DNA of 64,000 bases, taken from assembly GCA_963711735.1 (NCBI GenBank), contig CAVQFA010000005.1, forward strand, positions 7,525 to 71,524, written 5' to 3'. Made by a program: the position numbers and the translations under genes. The DNA is from Candidatus Gottesmanbacteria bacterium. GTDB lineage: Bacteria; Patescibacteriota; Microgenomatia; UBA10105; UBA927. Every line of letters starts with the position of its first letter. Position 1 is the first letter of the stretch. Below are positions 10,062 through 19,947 of this stretch, piece by piece. The notes under the pieces were generated by a model that was not told the origin of the DNA, did no database searches, and saw nothing but the letters and a program-made list of their open reading frames with translations.

Positions 10062-11603
10062 ATGTTCTTCAAAGCAAAACACATTGTTCCGGGAGTACTT
10101 GCTATAGTCTCTCTTGTCCTTCTCATTCTGTTTCTTTCCTGGCACTACCGGATAGGGATGGTCCGGTATTTCGATGCGGATGAGTACGCGCATATGCACT
10201 GGGCGGCAAAGATTCTGGAGGGTAAGCGTCCGTATATAGATTTCCTCACGTTTTTCACCCCCGTATTCCACTGGATCCTTTCTCCTGCATTTGCATCAGG
10301 TTGGGGGACGACGGAGCCCTTTATCAGTGCGCGTCTTATCATGTTTCTCATTTTTGTCGGAAGTGCGATGATGACGGGAGTTCTTGTATGGCAGATCCGG
10401 AAAAGCCTGTGGCAGGCAGTGCTTGCCGGTGCAATCCTTGCGTTTCTCCCTTTGCCGTTTGATAAGCTCCTGGAGATCCGTCCGGATACCCCCGCAACGC
10501 TCCTAATGCTCCTTGCCGTATCATTCCAAATCATATGGATGAAGACGGGTAAACGCAGCCTTTGCTTTATATCGGGTATATTCTGGTCACTTTCCGTCCT
10601 TATGCTCACGAAAATGCTCCCAAATATGGCAGTTGGGGCGTTGGTAGGCTTACTATATATAATAGGTAGGGAGAAAGGTGAGGAATACAGGAAAAAACAG
10701 GTTTTTCAGGAGATACTTGCCTACATAGGCGGAATGGCAATACCGGTTCTCCTTTTTGGTCTATGGACCCTTACCCTTGGTAATCTCCCGCTTGTGTGGT
10801 ACTCCCTGACGCTTCTTCCCGTTGAGGCAAATAAGATAAGCAGGTATTTCATTATGATGCCGGATCTTTTTTTCTATCCCAATGATATTTATTACGGAAC
10901 AAGCGGGTGGGGAAGAGAGATCCTCGTCAATCATACACTCTGGGTGATCGGGCTTCTTGTGGGTTTAATCAGGCTTGTCGCACCTTTACAGAATCCTCTC
11001 GGACGGAAAAACTGGCTGGCGGAACTCCTGGTAGCATCCCAGTGTTTTGTTCAGGTATTGTTCTATACCAAGATAGTACCTCTCAAGCACGCCCAATATT
11101 TAATTCCCATTGCACCGTTTATCGCAATATATACCGCTGATGCGCTTGGCATGGTATACCGGACAGCTGCCAAAAAAACTATCCTTCAGGGGATGTTTAT
11201 CGGAGTATTTCTCATCGGCGCGTATTTTTTGGTCCAGGTATTTTCAGCTGCACACAGCCGCAAGCTTGAGTGGACGAACACAGCCGATTTATCTGCCGTA
11301 GAAAAACTATACCGTACGATCCCCATGTCAGAACCGGTTTTAGACCTCGACGGACGGATGCTCTATAACCCGGATGGATATTATGCATGCTGCATCCCGT
11401 TCGGGCAGTTTGCCCACTTCCTCTCCCGTCCTTTACCGTCGTTACCTCAAGCGCTTGAAGACGGTCATGTCAAATACATAAACCAGGGAGGTTTAAAGCG
11501 CGTATCAACGCTCCCAATACCGGATCAGCAGTATATATACGGAGCGTACCGTTCCCTACACGGCGATGACACGTTTCTTGTCCGGAATGATATACCGGAA
11601 TAG
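10062..11603 (+). CDS. GT-C (ArnT/PMT-like) membrane glycosyltransferase
   Basis: DADEYAH after TM1, PYIDF, EIRPD, QYLIP; many TMs. Confidence 0.8.
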   Translation: MFFKAKHIVPGVLAIVSLVLLILFLSWHYRIGMVRYFDADEYAHMHWAAKILEGKRPYIDFLTFFTPVFHWILSPAFASGWGTTEPFISARLIMFLIFVGSAMMTGVLVWQIRKSLWQAVLAGAILAFLPLPFDKLLEIRPDTPATLLMLLAVSFQIIWMKTGKRSLCFISGIFWSLSVLMLTKMLPNMAVGALVGLLYIIGREKGEEYRKKQVFQEILAYIGGMAIPVLLFGLWTLTLGNLPLVWYSLTLLPVEANKISRYFIMMPDLFFYPNDIYYGTSGWGREILVNHTLWVIGLLVGLIRLVAPLQNPLGRKNWLAELLVASQCFVQVLFYTKIVPLKHAQYLIPIAPFIAIYTADALGMVYRTAAKKTILQGMFIGVFLIGAYFLVQVFSAAHSRKLEWTNTADLSAVEKLYRTIPMSEPVLDLDGRMLYNPDGYYACCIPFGQFAHFLSRPLPSLPQALEDGHVKYINQGGLKRVSTLPIPDQQYIYGAYRSLHGDDTFLVRNDIPE

Positions 11604-11661
11604 TATAGATTAATTATATTCATCGAATATTCCCGAAATATTCAGAAATACTTAAGCGTAG

Positions 11662-11795
11662 TTGCAAAATTGTCCGGAAATGTATACTATACACACGAAA
11701 CTCAGAATTGTATCTGAGTTTCTTGGTATATGCCCCTCTAATCAGCTTTTTCGCCCTGACGGGCTTCAAATCTGAGTAAGACGGGCATATAAACT
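11662..11795 (+). promoter_or_regulatory. Sigma70-type promoter with a structured 5' leader
   Basis: TTGCAA-17-TACTAT; hairpin GAAACTCAGA/TCTGAGTTTC (11697-11722) and stem TATATGCCC/GGGCATATA (11727-11791). Confidence 0.5.
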
Positions 11796-11800
11796 CTATT

Positions 11801-12523
11801 ATGTCCAAAAAGCGGACTTCCCTTGATCTTACCCTCGTGTTACCGTGCTGGAATGAGGCACTTCTTCTCGTTGACAGTGTAGAGCGTATCCGCGAAGCGC
11901 TCGTCATATCGAGATTCCGTTGGGAGATCATATTTGTCGATGACAAAAGTTCCGACAGCACCGCAGCGCTTATAAAAGAGCTCGTGAAGAAAAACAAGAA
12001 CTACCGGGCGGTATTTCATAAAACAAATACAGGCAGGGGACAGACCGTGGCTGACGGGATACGTAAAAGCCGCGGTACGGTTGTCGGATATATGGATGTA
12101 GACTGCGAAGTATCACCCATCTACATACCGACAATAGTCAATATGATTTTGAAAGGCAAAGCGGATATGGTCCTTGGAAAACGGCTCTACAGAACAACGC
12201 TGTCATCTATCGTCCGCGAGCTGCTTTCTGCCGGTTACAGGGTAATGGCAGACAAAATGGTGTCAACCGGGGGTTTGGACACGGAGACAGGGTATAAGTT
12301 TTTTAACCGGAAAAAAATTGTACCCATTTTACGGTTTGCGAGGCATCCCCACTGGTTTTGGGATACGGAAATAGTAGTCTTTGCCAGGCGGGCGGGACTC
12401 CGGGTTGTTGAGGTACCGGTATTATTCCTCCGCAGGTTTGACAAGAAATCATCAGTAAATATGGTTGAAGATGTTGCGGATTATCTGCAAAATCTGTGGG
12501 CTCTGTGGCGCAGACTCCTCTGA
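11801..12523 (+). CDS. GT2 dolichyl-phosphate beta-glucosyltransferase-like protein
   Basis: LVLPCWNE, VDDKSSDST, NTGRG, MDVD, DTETGYKFF, WFWDTE. Confidence 0.9.
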   Translation: MSKKRTSLDLTLVLPCWNEALLLVDSVERIREALVISRFRWEIIFVDDKSSDSTAALIKELVKKNKNYRAVFHKTNTGRGQTVADGIRKSRGTVVGYMDVDCEVSPIYIPTIVNMILKGKADMVLGKRLYRTTLSSIVRELLSAGYRVMADKMVSTGGLDTETGYKFFNRKKIVPILRFARHPHWFWDTEIVVFARRAGLRVVEVPVLFLRRFDKKSSVNMVEDVADYLQNLWALWRRLL

Positions 12524-12573
12524 ACACGTTTCTTCATTGTCAAGGGAATCCCGTACGCGGTAGAATGGTTTCT

Positions 12574-13320
12574 ATGTCGAAGACATATAGCGTATCTCTT
12601 TATGAAAGCATAAATAAAGTCGAACGGACACATTTTTGGTTTCAATCCCGCGACAGAGCGCTCCGTATGCTTATTAAACGGTATATTCCCAAACCGTCAG
12701 GAAAGTCATTCCTCGAGGTCGGGTGCGGAACAGGAGTCGTTATACGGACGCTTGAGGATATGGGTTTTACAACTACCGGTCTTGACGTCAACGCAAAAGC
12801 TTTAGCCTTTGCGAAAATAGGAACACACGCAAAGTTTATCCGACAATCTTTCCATTCTCTTATTCATACGGGAAAATATCATGCACTCGGCATGTTTGAT
12901 GTTCTTGAGCACCAGAAAGATGACCAGGCATTTTTAAGGAAAGCAAATACGCTTCTTAGGCCCGGTGGGTATCTATTCATCACCGTGCCGGCTCTCCACT
13001 CACTCTGGAACGATGCAGATACGCTTGCCGGCCACCAAAGACGGTATACCCAAGACGGAATCATCCGAAAGGTCGAACATGCCGGATTTACCGTGAAATT
13101 TGTCAACTACTGGCAATTTGTACTGTTACCGCTTTATATTCTTTTCAGAGCGTATTGGCAGATGAAGCCTGACCGCGACATGGATATGTTTTTACATACC
13201 CCGGCAGAACCCGTCAATACGATCCTGCATTCACTTCTATACATAGAAAGGTTTTTTCTTTTCCGTATCCGGATACCAATCGGGTCATCGCTTATCCTTG
13301 CGGCAGAAAAAAGAGCGTAG
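12574..13320 (+). CDS. Class I SAM-dependent methyltransferase
   Basis: HFWF, LEVGCGTG, FDVLEH, LRPGG..ITVPA, GHQRRY. Confidence 0.9.
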   Translation: MSKTYSVSLYESINKVERTHFWFQSRDRALRMLIKRYIPKPSGKSFLEVGCGTGVVIRTLEDMGFTTTGLDVNAKALAFAKIGTHAKFIRQSFHSLIHTGKYHALGMFDVLEHQKDDQAFLRKANTLLRPGGYLFITVPALHSLWNDADTLAGHQRRYTQDGIIRKVEHAGFTVKFVNYWQFVLLPLYILFRAYWQMKPDRDMDMFLHTPAEPVNTILHSLLYIERFFLFRIRIPIGSSLILAAEKRA

Positions 13321-13360
13321 TTGATACTTTTTTTCGAAAATGTGATATAAGAGAGAGGCT

Positions 13361-13897
13361 ATGAAGGCATTGAAGGCTATAGGTGTGAAAAAAGCATTTG
13401 CATTCGTTTGGTATGCGCTGCTCGGCAAAATTTTACACTGTGTGATTTTGCCTCAAGTCAGGGTGATTCTCATACGTCTTGCGGGAGGCAGAGTCGGATC
13501 AGACACTATTATCGGCAATGTAACATTTGCCAATCTGTACCACTATGGTTTTTCGAGATTAACCATCGGCAACCGCGTGTTTGTCGGTGATGAGGCAATG
13601 CTCGATGTCCGCGGAGGGATAACGCTCGAGGATGACGTGACTGTTTCCAACCGTACGTCCATCGTGTCGCACATAAACGTAGGATACGCCGATCATCCCG
13701 TCCAGAAGCACTATCCGACGAAAGAATCACCCGTTATTCTCAAAAAAGGAGCGTACATAGGAACCGCGGCCATAATCCTTCCGGGCGTAACCGTCGGGCG
13801 GGAGTCTGTCGTCGGGGCAGGAGCAGTTGTTACCCGTGACGTGCCGGAGAGAGTCGTTGTAGGAGGTGTACCGGCAAGGAAGATTAAAAAACTGTAA
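13361..13897 (+). CDS. Hexapeptide-repeat (left-handed beta-helix) acyltransferase
   Basis: IGTAAIILPGVTVGRESVVGAGAVVTRDVP...GGVPAR. Confidence 0.92.
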   Translation: MKALKAIGVKKAFAFVWYALLGKILHCVILPQVRVILIRLAGGRVGSDTIIGNVTFANLYHYGFSRLTIGNRVFVGDEAMLDVRGGITLEDDVTVSNRTSIVSHINVGYADHPVQKHYPTKESPVILKKGAYIGTAAIILPGVTVGRESVVGAGAVVTRDVPERVVVGGVPARKIKKL

Positions 13898-13898
13898 T

Positions 13899-15041
13899 AT
13901 GATGCACATACCACTCACAAAACCATATTGGGGCCCTAAAGAAGAGAAGGCGGCTGTCCGGGCAATCCGGCAAACTTCAGGATCAGGTGACGGCCCGAAT
14001 ACCGCTAAAGCCGAGGCTCTCCTTCAAACGCTCACCGGTGCCGGGTATGCCATGCTCACGACATCCTGTACGCACGGGATGGAACTTGCTCTTGCAGCAC
14101 TTGTCATGAACGGAAAGTTGAAAACAGGAGATGAGGTTATCGTACCGAGCTATACCATGAGCTCGACTGCAAACGCCGCACTTCTATCCGGTGCAAAAGT
14201 CGTTTTTGCAGATATAGATCCCGTATTTTTCAATATAGATCCGGAGGATATCAAAAGGAAAATCACCAATAAAACACGCGGAATCATGATTGTCCATTAC
14301 GCAGGCATGCCATGCAGAATGGACGAGATCATGGAAATTGCCCGCCGGCACCACCTATGGGTTGTTGAGGATGCAGCGCATGCAATTGGGGCGTCATATA
14401 AAGATAAACCACTCGGGACATTCGGAGATATCGGCGTATATTCATTCCACGGGACCAAAAACGTAAGCTGCGGAGAGGGAGGAGCTGTTCTCACAAACAG
14501 TAAAGAACTTGCAGTCAGCATGGAAATATACCGGGCAAACGGTACCAACAGGAAGCAATTTTTAGAGGGTGTTATTGATAAATATAGTTGGGTCGGTAAA
14601 GGTAGTAGTTTTTTCTTATCTGATATACTTGCATCTATTCTATATGAACAACTAAAACAAATTACTACAATCAATACCAAAAGACAACAAATATCATCAT
14701 CTTTTACAAAATCGCTATCAAACTATTCAGACCTTATAGTACTTCCGTCAATTCCGAAATTTACCAAACCGAATTGGCATATTTACGCGATACGGTTTCG
14801 AAACCCCCAACATAAACGGATCTTTATGGCTCAAATGAGAAAGAAGGGTATCCAAGTAGTGTCTCACTATGTCCCACTCCATAGTGCGCCGATGGGAAAG
14901 ACCATATGGAAAGGGGAACTCCCGGTGACTGATGCAGTTGCCAATACACTTGCGCGGTTGCCTATCTATCCCGATTTAAATTTGAAAGAACGACGGTATA
15001 TAATATCTTCTGCCCAAAAAATATTGAAAAAACTGAGATAA
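13899..15041 (+). CDS. dTDP-4-amino-4,6-dideoxygalactose transaminase-like (WecE/RffA group, DegT family)
   Basis: TTSCTHGME, STANA, VHYAG, SFHGTKNVSCGEGG, GTNR.QF..G.IDKYSW..GSS, HYVPLH. Confidence 0.88.
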   Translation: MMHIPLTKPYWGPKEEKAAVRAIRQTSGSGDGPNTAKAEALLQTLTGAGYAMLTTSCTHGMELALAALVMNGKLKTGDEVIVPSYTMSSTANAALLSGAKVVFADIDPVFFNIDPEDIKRKITNKTRGIMIVHYAGMPCRMDEIMEIARRHHLWVVEDAAHAIGASYKDKPLGTFGDIGVYSFHGTKNVSCGEGGAVLTNSKELAVSMEIYRANGTNRKQFLEGVIDKYSWVGKGSSFFLSDILASILYEQLKQITTINTKRQQISSSFTKSLSNYSDLIVLPSIPKFTKPNWHIYAIRFRNPQHKRIFMAQMRKKGIQVVSHYVPLHSAPMGKTIWKGELPVTDAVANTLARLPIYPDLNLKERRYIISSAQKILKKLR

Positions 15042-15104
15042 GCGGGGAACCCTTTTTTCAATATCATTTCTGTATATAGAAAATACAATCAGCATTATTA
15101 TCAT

Positions 15105-16202
15105 ATGAAACCATATCTTTCTATAATCATTCCATATCATAATAGCGAAGATACAATCGGAAGGCTTGTGGAGTCGATATACCTCTCTCATAATGCACCG
15201 CTTTACGAAATCATCATCGTTGATGACGGATCAAGGAAGCAGCTCACGACTGACGGACCTTCACGAACAGACACAAGTTCACCCCTGATAGTCAGAAAAA
15301 ATCTGAAGAAACTGAATAAAAGATTAAAAATTATCCGGTTCAAAGTAAATAAAGGACCGGCTGCAGCCAGAAATAAGGGCGCAAAGCTTGCGCGCGGGAA
15401 GTTTCTCGTATTCCTCGACAGCGATGTAGAGCTTTTTCCTGATACGCTCCATAACCTCGCCCGTATCTATGAGGATGATCCGGATGTTGTGGCGCTGACA
15501 GGAGTCTGGGTAAAGGAACAGCATACGGATGCGTTTTTCCCTAATTTCAAAGCGCTTCGGGATTGGAGCTACTGGATAAACGAACGGGACAAAAGCGGGT
15601 ACTATTTCCTCTTTTCCACGCGTATCGCATCGATTAAAAAATCCGTATTTCTCAGGCTTGGCGGTTTTGATGAAATGTACCCCGGTGCGCTTGTGGAGGA
15701 TATTGAGCTTACGTACAGAATAGCCCGCCGGTATGCAATTATATTCGCTCCCGATGTACGGGTACGCCATGAATTTGAAAATTTTTGGCCGATTGCAAAA
15801 AAGTATTTCCTCCGCGCATATTATTGGACGAAACTGTACGAAAGACGCAAGAAATTTGATCCTGTTGCAACGACGCTCCAGGAAGCTATAACGGCGATAA
15901 GCGGAGTCGGCGTACTCGGGATTTTTGCTGTAGCTATCATCGCCGGTGCTTTCGGATACTGGATAGAAATGATTTCCGCGTCTCCTCTGGTTCCGCTTAT
16001 TCTGAAATGGCTCAATATTGCTCTTGCTGTGAGTTGGATTGTCACACTTATCATTCACACGCTCCTCGTGAGGACATTTCTCCTGTTTATGTATAAGGAA
16101 AAAGGACTGGCATTTGCGCTTCGGGGTTTTGGTACGGGACTCATCCTTTATGCGTTTATTGCGTCGGGGGCGTTGTGGGGGAAGGTGAAGAGATCTCCGT
16201 AG
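15105..16202 (+). CDS. GT2 glycosyltransferase with C-terminal TM helices
   Basis: SIIIPYHN, VDDGS, NKGPAAARN.G, FLDSD, GGFDE, EDIEL. Confidence 0.9.
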   Translation: MKPYLSIIIPYHNSEDTIGRLVESIYLSHNAPLYEIIIVDDGSRKQLTTDGPSRTDTSSPLIVRKNLKKLNKRLKIIRFKVNKGPAAARNKGAKLARGKFLVFLDSDVELFPDTLHNLARIYEDDPDVVALTGVWVKEQHTDAFFPNFKALRDWSYWINERDKSGYYFLFSTRIASIKKSVFLRLGGFDEMYPGALVEDIELTYRIARRYAIIFAPDVRVRHEFENFWPIAKKYFLRAYYWTKLYERRKKFDPVATTLQEAITAISGVGVLGIFAVAIIAGAFGYWIEMISASPLVPLILKWLNIALAVSWIVTLIIHTLLVRTFLLFMYKEKGLAFALRGFGTGLILYAFIASGALWGKVKRSP

Positions 16203-18210
16203 GTTGGGTTTGCGTCTCCATTGAAGGGCTTGCCGATGAGGGTAGTTCGAGTTTCGGTTTAATAATAGGTGTTGCTTCTCCGGACAACGGGGATAAAGGT
16301 TCTGCAAATTGTGACGTCCCGCTTTTCATATCGTTCACCGCCTTTTGCTCGTCTGCAGGCAGCGTTTTCATCACCGCATCCAACTGTGTCTGTACTCCCT
16401 GTCTGTCACCGGATGAGTCTTCGGGGAGAAGAAGCAATGTCTGTTTCAGGGATACCGCTTCTTTCAGAGGAATTTTCAGCTGCCTCCAAACATACGCGAG
16501 GTTATAATGGATATTGGGAAGATCCGGTTTGAGAAGCGCTGCAGTTTCAAGCTCGCGTGCGGCGGTTGTAAAATTTTGCTGGTTGATATAAATGCCTGCA
16601 AGCTCCATCCGAAGAAGCGGGTTTGTCGGATCCCGTTGAATAGCCTGTTGGTATGCTGCTACTGCCCACCCATCTGCACCGGTGACGATTGTCATGATGC
16701 TTCTGTAGAGACGTGCGAGTGTTTCCCAACCCGAAACATTTAAAGGGTTGAGGTTTGTGGCAATTTTTACTTCGCGGATTGCCTGTTGGAGGAGCTGCGA
16801 TATGAGCTTTCTGTCATCCTCCGTCAAAGCAGCACTAGGAGACCCTGATTTATTGGCGTTTGCCGCAAGTGCTTCTGAAAGTGCGTAATTCGTTTGGCTG
16901 TATGTGAGATGGTAGGCAGACATCATCGGATTAAGCTGAAGCGCACGGATTTGGAGATTATACGTTTTCGTACCGTCTTTCGCCTGCAGGGCCTTTAATG
17001 ATTGGTAATAGGTGAGCTCTCCTATATAGTAGCGGAGAGTGAAATATCCGCCGATACCGACAACAACAAGCCCCAGAATTCCTACTGCGAAAGACACCCA
17101 ACCGATGTGTTCAGGGATGGCACCGTCTGCTTTAATTATTTTTGAGTGCTTTTTCAGAAGAAGAATAATTGCCAGAAGCGAAAAAAGCGCAATATGGATA
17201 GGAACGAGGATGAGAGCCAGCGCAGTCATGCAAATAACGACACGCATGGCGACAGTTTCCTTCATAATCCCGCGGAAAAGAATGAATCCGACTATGGCAA
17301 GTGCAGCCAACCCCACGATACCTTCCGTTGTCCCTATATGAAAAAGCGTGTTTGCGCTTGTGGTAAAACGTATATTCCATATCGGTGAGAGGTTCATAGA
17401 TGCAGGCCGGGCGGCTGTAAATGCAGGGAGGAAATTTTCGATGCCTACACCGGTGAGGGCATATACGGGATTTTTGAACATTTCAAGCATTATTGACCAC
17501 GATACGCCGTACGGTAAGTGGATCGACGAAAATTTCGGGAGTATGTGCCAGATGAGAGACGGCAATGCAACTCCCATGATGGCAACTGATACGGCGCTAA
17601 ACGCAATACCAGCTTCTTTTTTTTCTTTTATTGAGCTGAGACATTCATCAATTGCCAGCGGAAAAAGAATTGCAAGAACGGCAAGTGTCACGAGGGATGA
17701 TCCGACCGGAGACCAGATAGGATCGGATAAAAATGTAATATCCGGAAACATGAGCTTCGCTATGCCAAACGAAGTATAAATAGCGGAAAGAGCCAGTATT
17801 GACCCGAGTCCTATTGATGCCCATTTGAGGATTGACCGCATTTTTTCTGATGAAAAATCCGTAAGAAGGAGCATGACCGCAATAGCTATAAGAGGAATTG
17901 GTCCGACAGTATATGTGAGTGCTTCCCATTTATTTGTTGATGAGACAATGACGCTCAAAACACCGGCTCCTGCAAGAAGTACAATTGCGAGAAGTGCTGA
18001 CGGAAATGTCAGAGTAACCATGCGTGTTATCGCAGACCGTATCGACCAGAGGATGAGAACAAAAAGAGAGCAAATCACAAATAATACACCCTTATTCGTA
18101 TCGTAGAAGTTTTGTGTGACCGGGAGAAACCAAAGAACTCCAATTGTGAGTGCGGCAATAACAATACATTGATTTATCCGGGATAACGCAGAATAGACGC
18201 GTTCGCGCAT
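16156..18210 (-). CDS. O-antigen-ligase/O-oligosaccharyltransferase-like membrane protein with TPRs and Pro/Thr tail
   Basis: About 12 TMs, GVGIENF...F..SAN..FH..TEGIVG (Wzy_C-like), TPRs (ALQLNP, AIQRDPTNP, LKPDLPNIHYNLA). Confidence 0.7.
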   Translation of the reverse strand: MRERVYSALSRINQCIVIAALTIGVLWFLPVTQNFYDTNKGVLFVICSLFVLILWSIRSAITRMVTLTFPSALLAIVLLAGAGVLSVIVSSTNKWEALTYTVGPIPLIAIAVMLLLTDFSSEKMRSILKWASIGLGSILALSAIYTSFGIAKLMFPDITFLSDPIWSPVGSSLVTLAVLAILFPLAIDECLSSIKEKKEAGIAFSAVSVAIMGVALPSLIWHILPKFSSIHLPYGVSWSIMLEMFKNPVYALTGVGIENFLPAFTAARPASMNLSPIWNIRFTTSANTLFHIGTTEGIVGLAALAIVGFILFRGIMKETVAMRVVICMTALALILVPIHIALFSLLAIILLLKKHSKIIKADGAIPEHIGWVSFAVGILGLVVVGIGGYFTLRYYIGELTYYQSLKALQAKDGTKTYNLQIRALQLNPMMSAYHLTYSQTNYALSEALAANANKSGSPSAALTEDDRKLISQLLQQAIREVKIATNLNPLNVSGWETLARLYRSIMTIVTGADGWAVAAYQQAIQRDPTNPLLRMELAGIYINQQNFTTAARELETAALLKPDLPNIHYNLAYVWRQLKIPLKEAVSLKQTLLLLPEDSSGDRQGVQTQLDAVMKTLPADEQKAVNDMKSGTSQFAEPLSPLSGEATPIIKPKLELPSSASPSMETQTQPTEISSPSPTTPPTQ

Positions 18211-18299
18211 AGTGATCCTATCATACCCAAGTGCATGTTGAGTGTAAAGATATCATGTATATTGCATTTTATTCCGTGTGTTGACATACTGGATTTGAT

Positions 18300-19130
18300 A
18301 TGGAGAAAAATAAGGTATTCCGGTACGGATTTACCATCGTAGAACTTCTCATCGTTATCGCGATTCTCGTCATAGTTGTGGTTCTCGTTTTCACTGTTGG
18401 CATCAAACAATGGAGAAAAACGTTCGATACGAAGAGGAAAATGGATCTGGCAAAAATCCGTATAGCGTTTGAAAGCTTTTATGCTGACTACCAGTCGTAT
18501 CCGGATGAAAGCTATCTGACTCAATGCGGATCGACCGTATTGGACCCGTATGGGCTTAAAACTATACCGTGTGATCCGCAGACTAAACAATCATATTACC
18601 TTTATCCATCACCTGAAGGACTGACAAGCGGATACGTCGTTTATGCAGCACTTTCCAATACAGATGATCCTGACGTAGAGCGTTTAGGATGCAGCACACC
18701 ATGGGGATGCGGAATTCCCGGAAGTCCGGAATATAACTACGGTGTGGCGGCAAATATGTCAGTATACCTCGGAGAACCCACTGAAGGACCCGGAGATTTA
18801 CTGATACCGACTCCGAAATTCGGAGAACCGACATGGACACCCAAGCCGATACGGAAAACGCTTCCGCCCCGTCCAACAACCAGACCGACATGGGGGGGTG
18901 TACCTTTCCCGACCGTAACACCGGGAGGAGGAGGAAGCGGACCATGGCCTACAAATCCACCTGCACCGACGAATACGTCTGCTCCGGTTCCGACGGCAAC
19001 ACCGAAACCACCGACTTCAACACCCAAACCACCGACGCCGACGTCGCCGTGGATGCCCGGACCAAAGCCCACATATACACCGACACCGACGTCAAGTTCG
19101 CGTATAGGACCAGGACCGGGGGTAAATTAA
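18300..19130 (+). CDS. Type IV pilin/GspG-like protein with Pro/Thr-rich C-terminal tail
   Basis: Class III signal G|FTIVELL, D.KRKMDL..I...E.FY.D...YP, P.DP; ~110-aa P/T/G tail. Confidence 0.88.
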   Translation: MEKNKVFRYGFTIVELLIVIAILVIVVVLVFTVGIKQWRKTFDTKRKMDLAKIRIAFESFYADYQSYPDESYLTQCGSTVLDPYGLKTIPCDPQTKQSYYLYPSPEGLTSGYVVYAALSNTDDPDVERLGCSTPWGCGIPGSPEYNYGVAANMSVYLGEPTEGPGDLLIPTPKFGEPTWTPKPIRKTLPPRPTTRPTWGGVPFPTVTPGGGGSGPWPTNPPAPTNTSAPVPTATPKPPTSTPKPPTPTSPWMPGPKPTYTPTPTSSSRIGPGPGVN

Positions 19131-19170
19131 TTGTGGATTTATTTTTTTAATGGTGTATAGTAAATAGTAT

Positions 19171-19941
19171 ATGAACAAAAAACATTATTTTGTAACTGTA
19201 TCTTCAAATAAAATAGGATTTACCCTCATAGAACTTCTCGTATCCATAGCAATTATCGGGATCCTTGCCACAATGGTTGTTTTGAATATAATGGGATCAA
19301 TGCGGCGCGGCAGAGATGCAAAACGAAAAAGCGACCTCGCGCAAGTATCCAAGTCACTTGAGATGTACTACAACGACATGGGCCAGTATCCGCTCTCCGA
19401 CGGAGCAGGACAGATACTCGGATGCGGCGCTACCCGCACGGATGCATGTATGTGGGGAACAAGCGTTTTCGGTGATGAACCGTCAGGTATCGTTTACATG
19501 ATAAAACTTCCTACAGATCCGAAATCCAATGAACAATATTTTTATGAAAGCGCTGACGGAACATACTATAGAGTTTTTGCACACTTGGAGAATACCGGTG
19601 ACCCGAATTATAACGGTAACGGATATGTTGGGTCCAATTGCGGAACAACAGAAGGAGGAGGACCTTTTGAAGAAACTATAGATTGTACATATGGAGTAGC
19701 TAGCCCGAATGTTGTGTTGGAAACAGCTGAAATTCCTCCGAGTGAGCCGACAAATACACCCCCTTCGGGTCCCGGTCCGGCACCGACAAATACACCCCCT
19801 TCGGGTCCCGGTCCGGCACCGACAAATACACCCCCTTCGGGTCCCGGTCCGGTACCGACAAATACACCGTTTATGCCCGGACCACAACCGACAGCAACAC
19901 CTGCAACAAAACCACCGACACCGACGGTCTCGCCTATATAA
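19171..19941 (+). CDS. Type IV pilin/GspG-like protein with Pro/Thr repeat tail
   Basis: G|FTLIELL, RDAKRKSDL..V...LEMYYND...YP, LPTDP, LEN..D. Confidence 0.9.
   Translation: MNKKHYFVTVSSNKIGFTLIELLVSIAIIGILATMVVLNIMGSMRRGRDAKRKSDLAQVSKSLEMYYNDMGQYPLSDGAGQILGCGATRTDACMWGTSVFGDEPSGIVYMIKLPTDPKSNEQYFYESADGTYYRVFAHLENTGDPNYNGNGYVGSNCGTTEGGGPFEETIDCTYGVASPNVVLETAEIPPSEPTNTPPSGPGPAPTNTPPSGPGPAPTNTPPSGPGPVPTNTPFMPGPQPTATPATKPPTPTVSPI
19747..19868 (+). repeat. 36-bp tandem repeat x3.4 encoding PTNTPPSGPGP(A/V)
   Basis: ccgacaaatacacccccttcgggtcccggtccgg(c/t)a repeated. Confidence 0.92.
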
Positions 19942-19947
19942 TGCATT

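Noticed and set aside
15324-16307. 327-aa minus-strand ORF
   Set aside because: Antisense to a clear GT2 gene; no motifs
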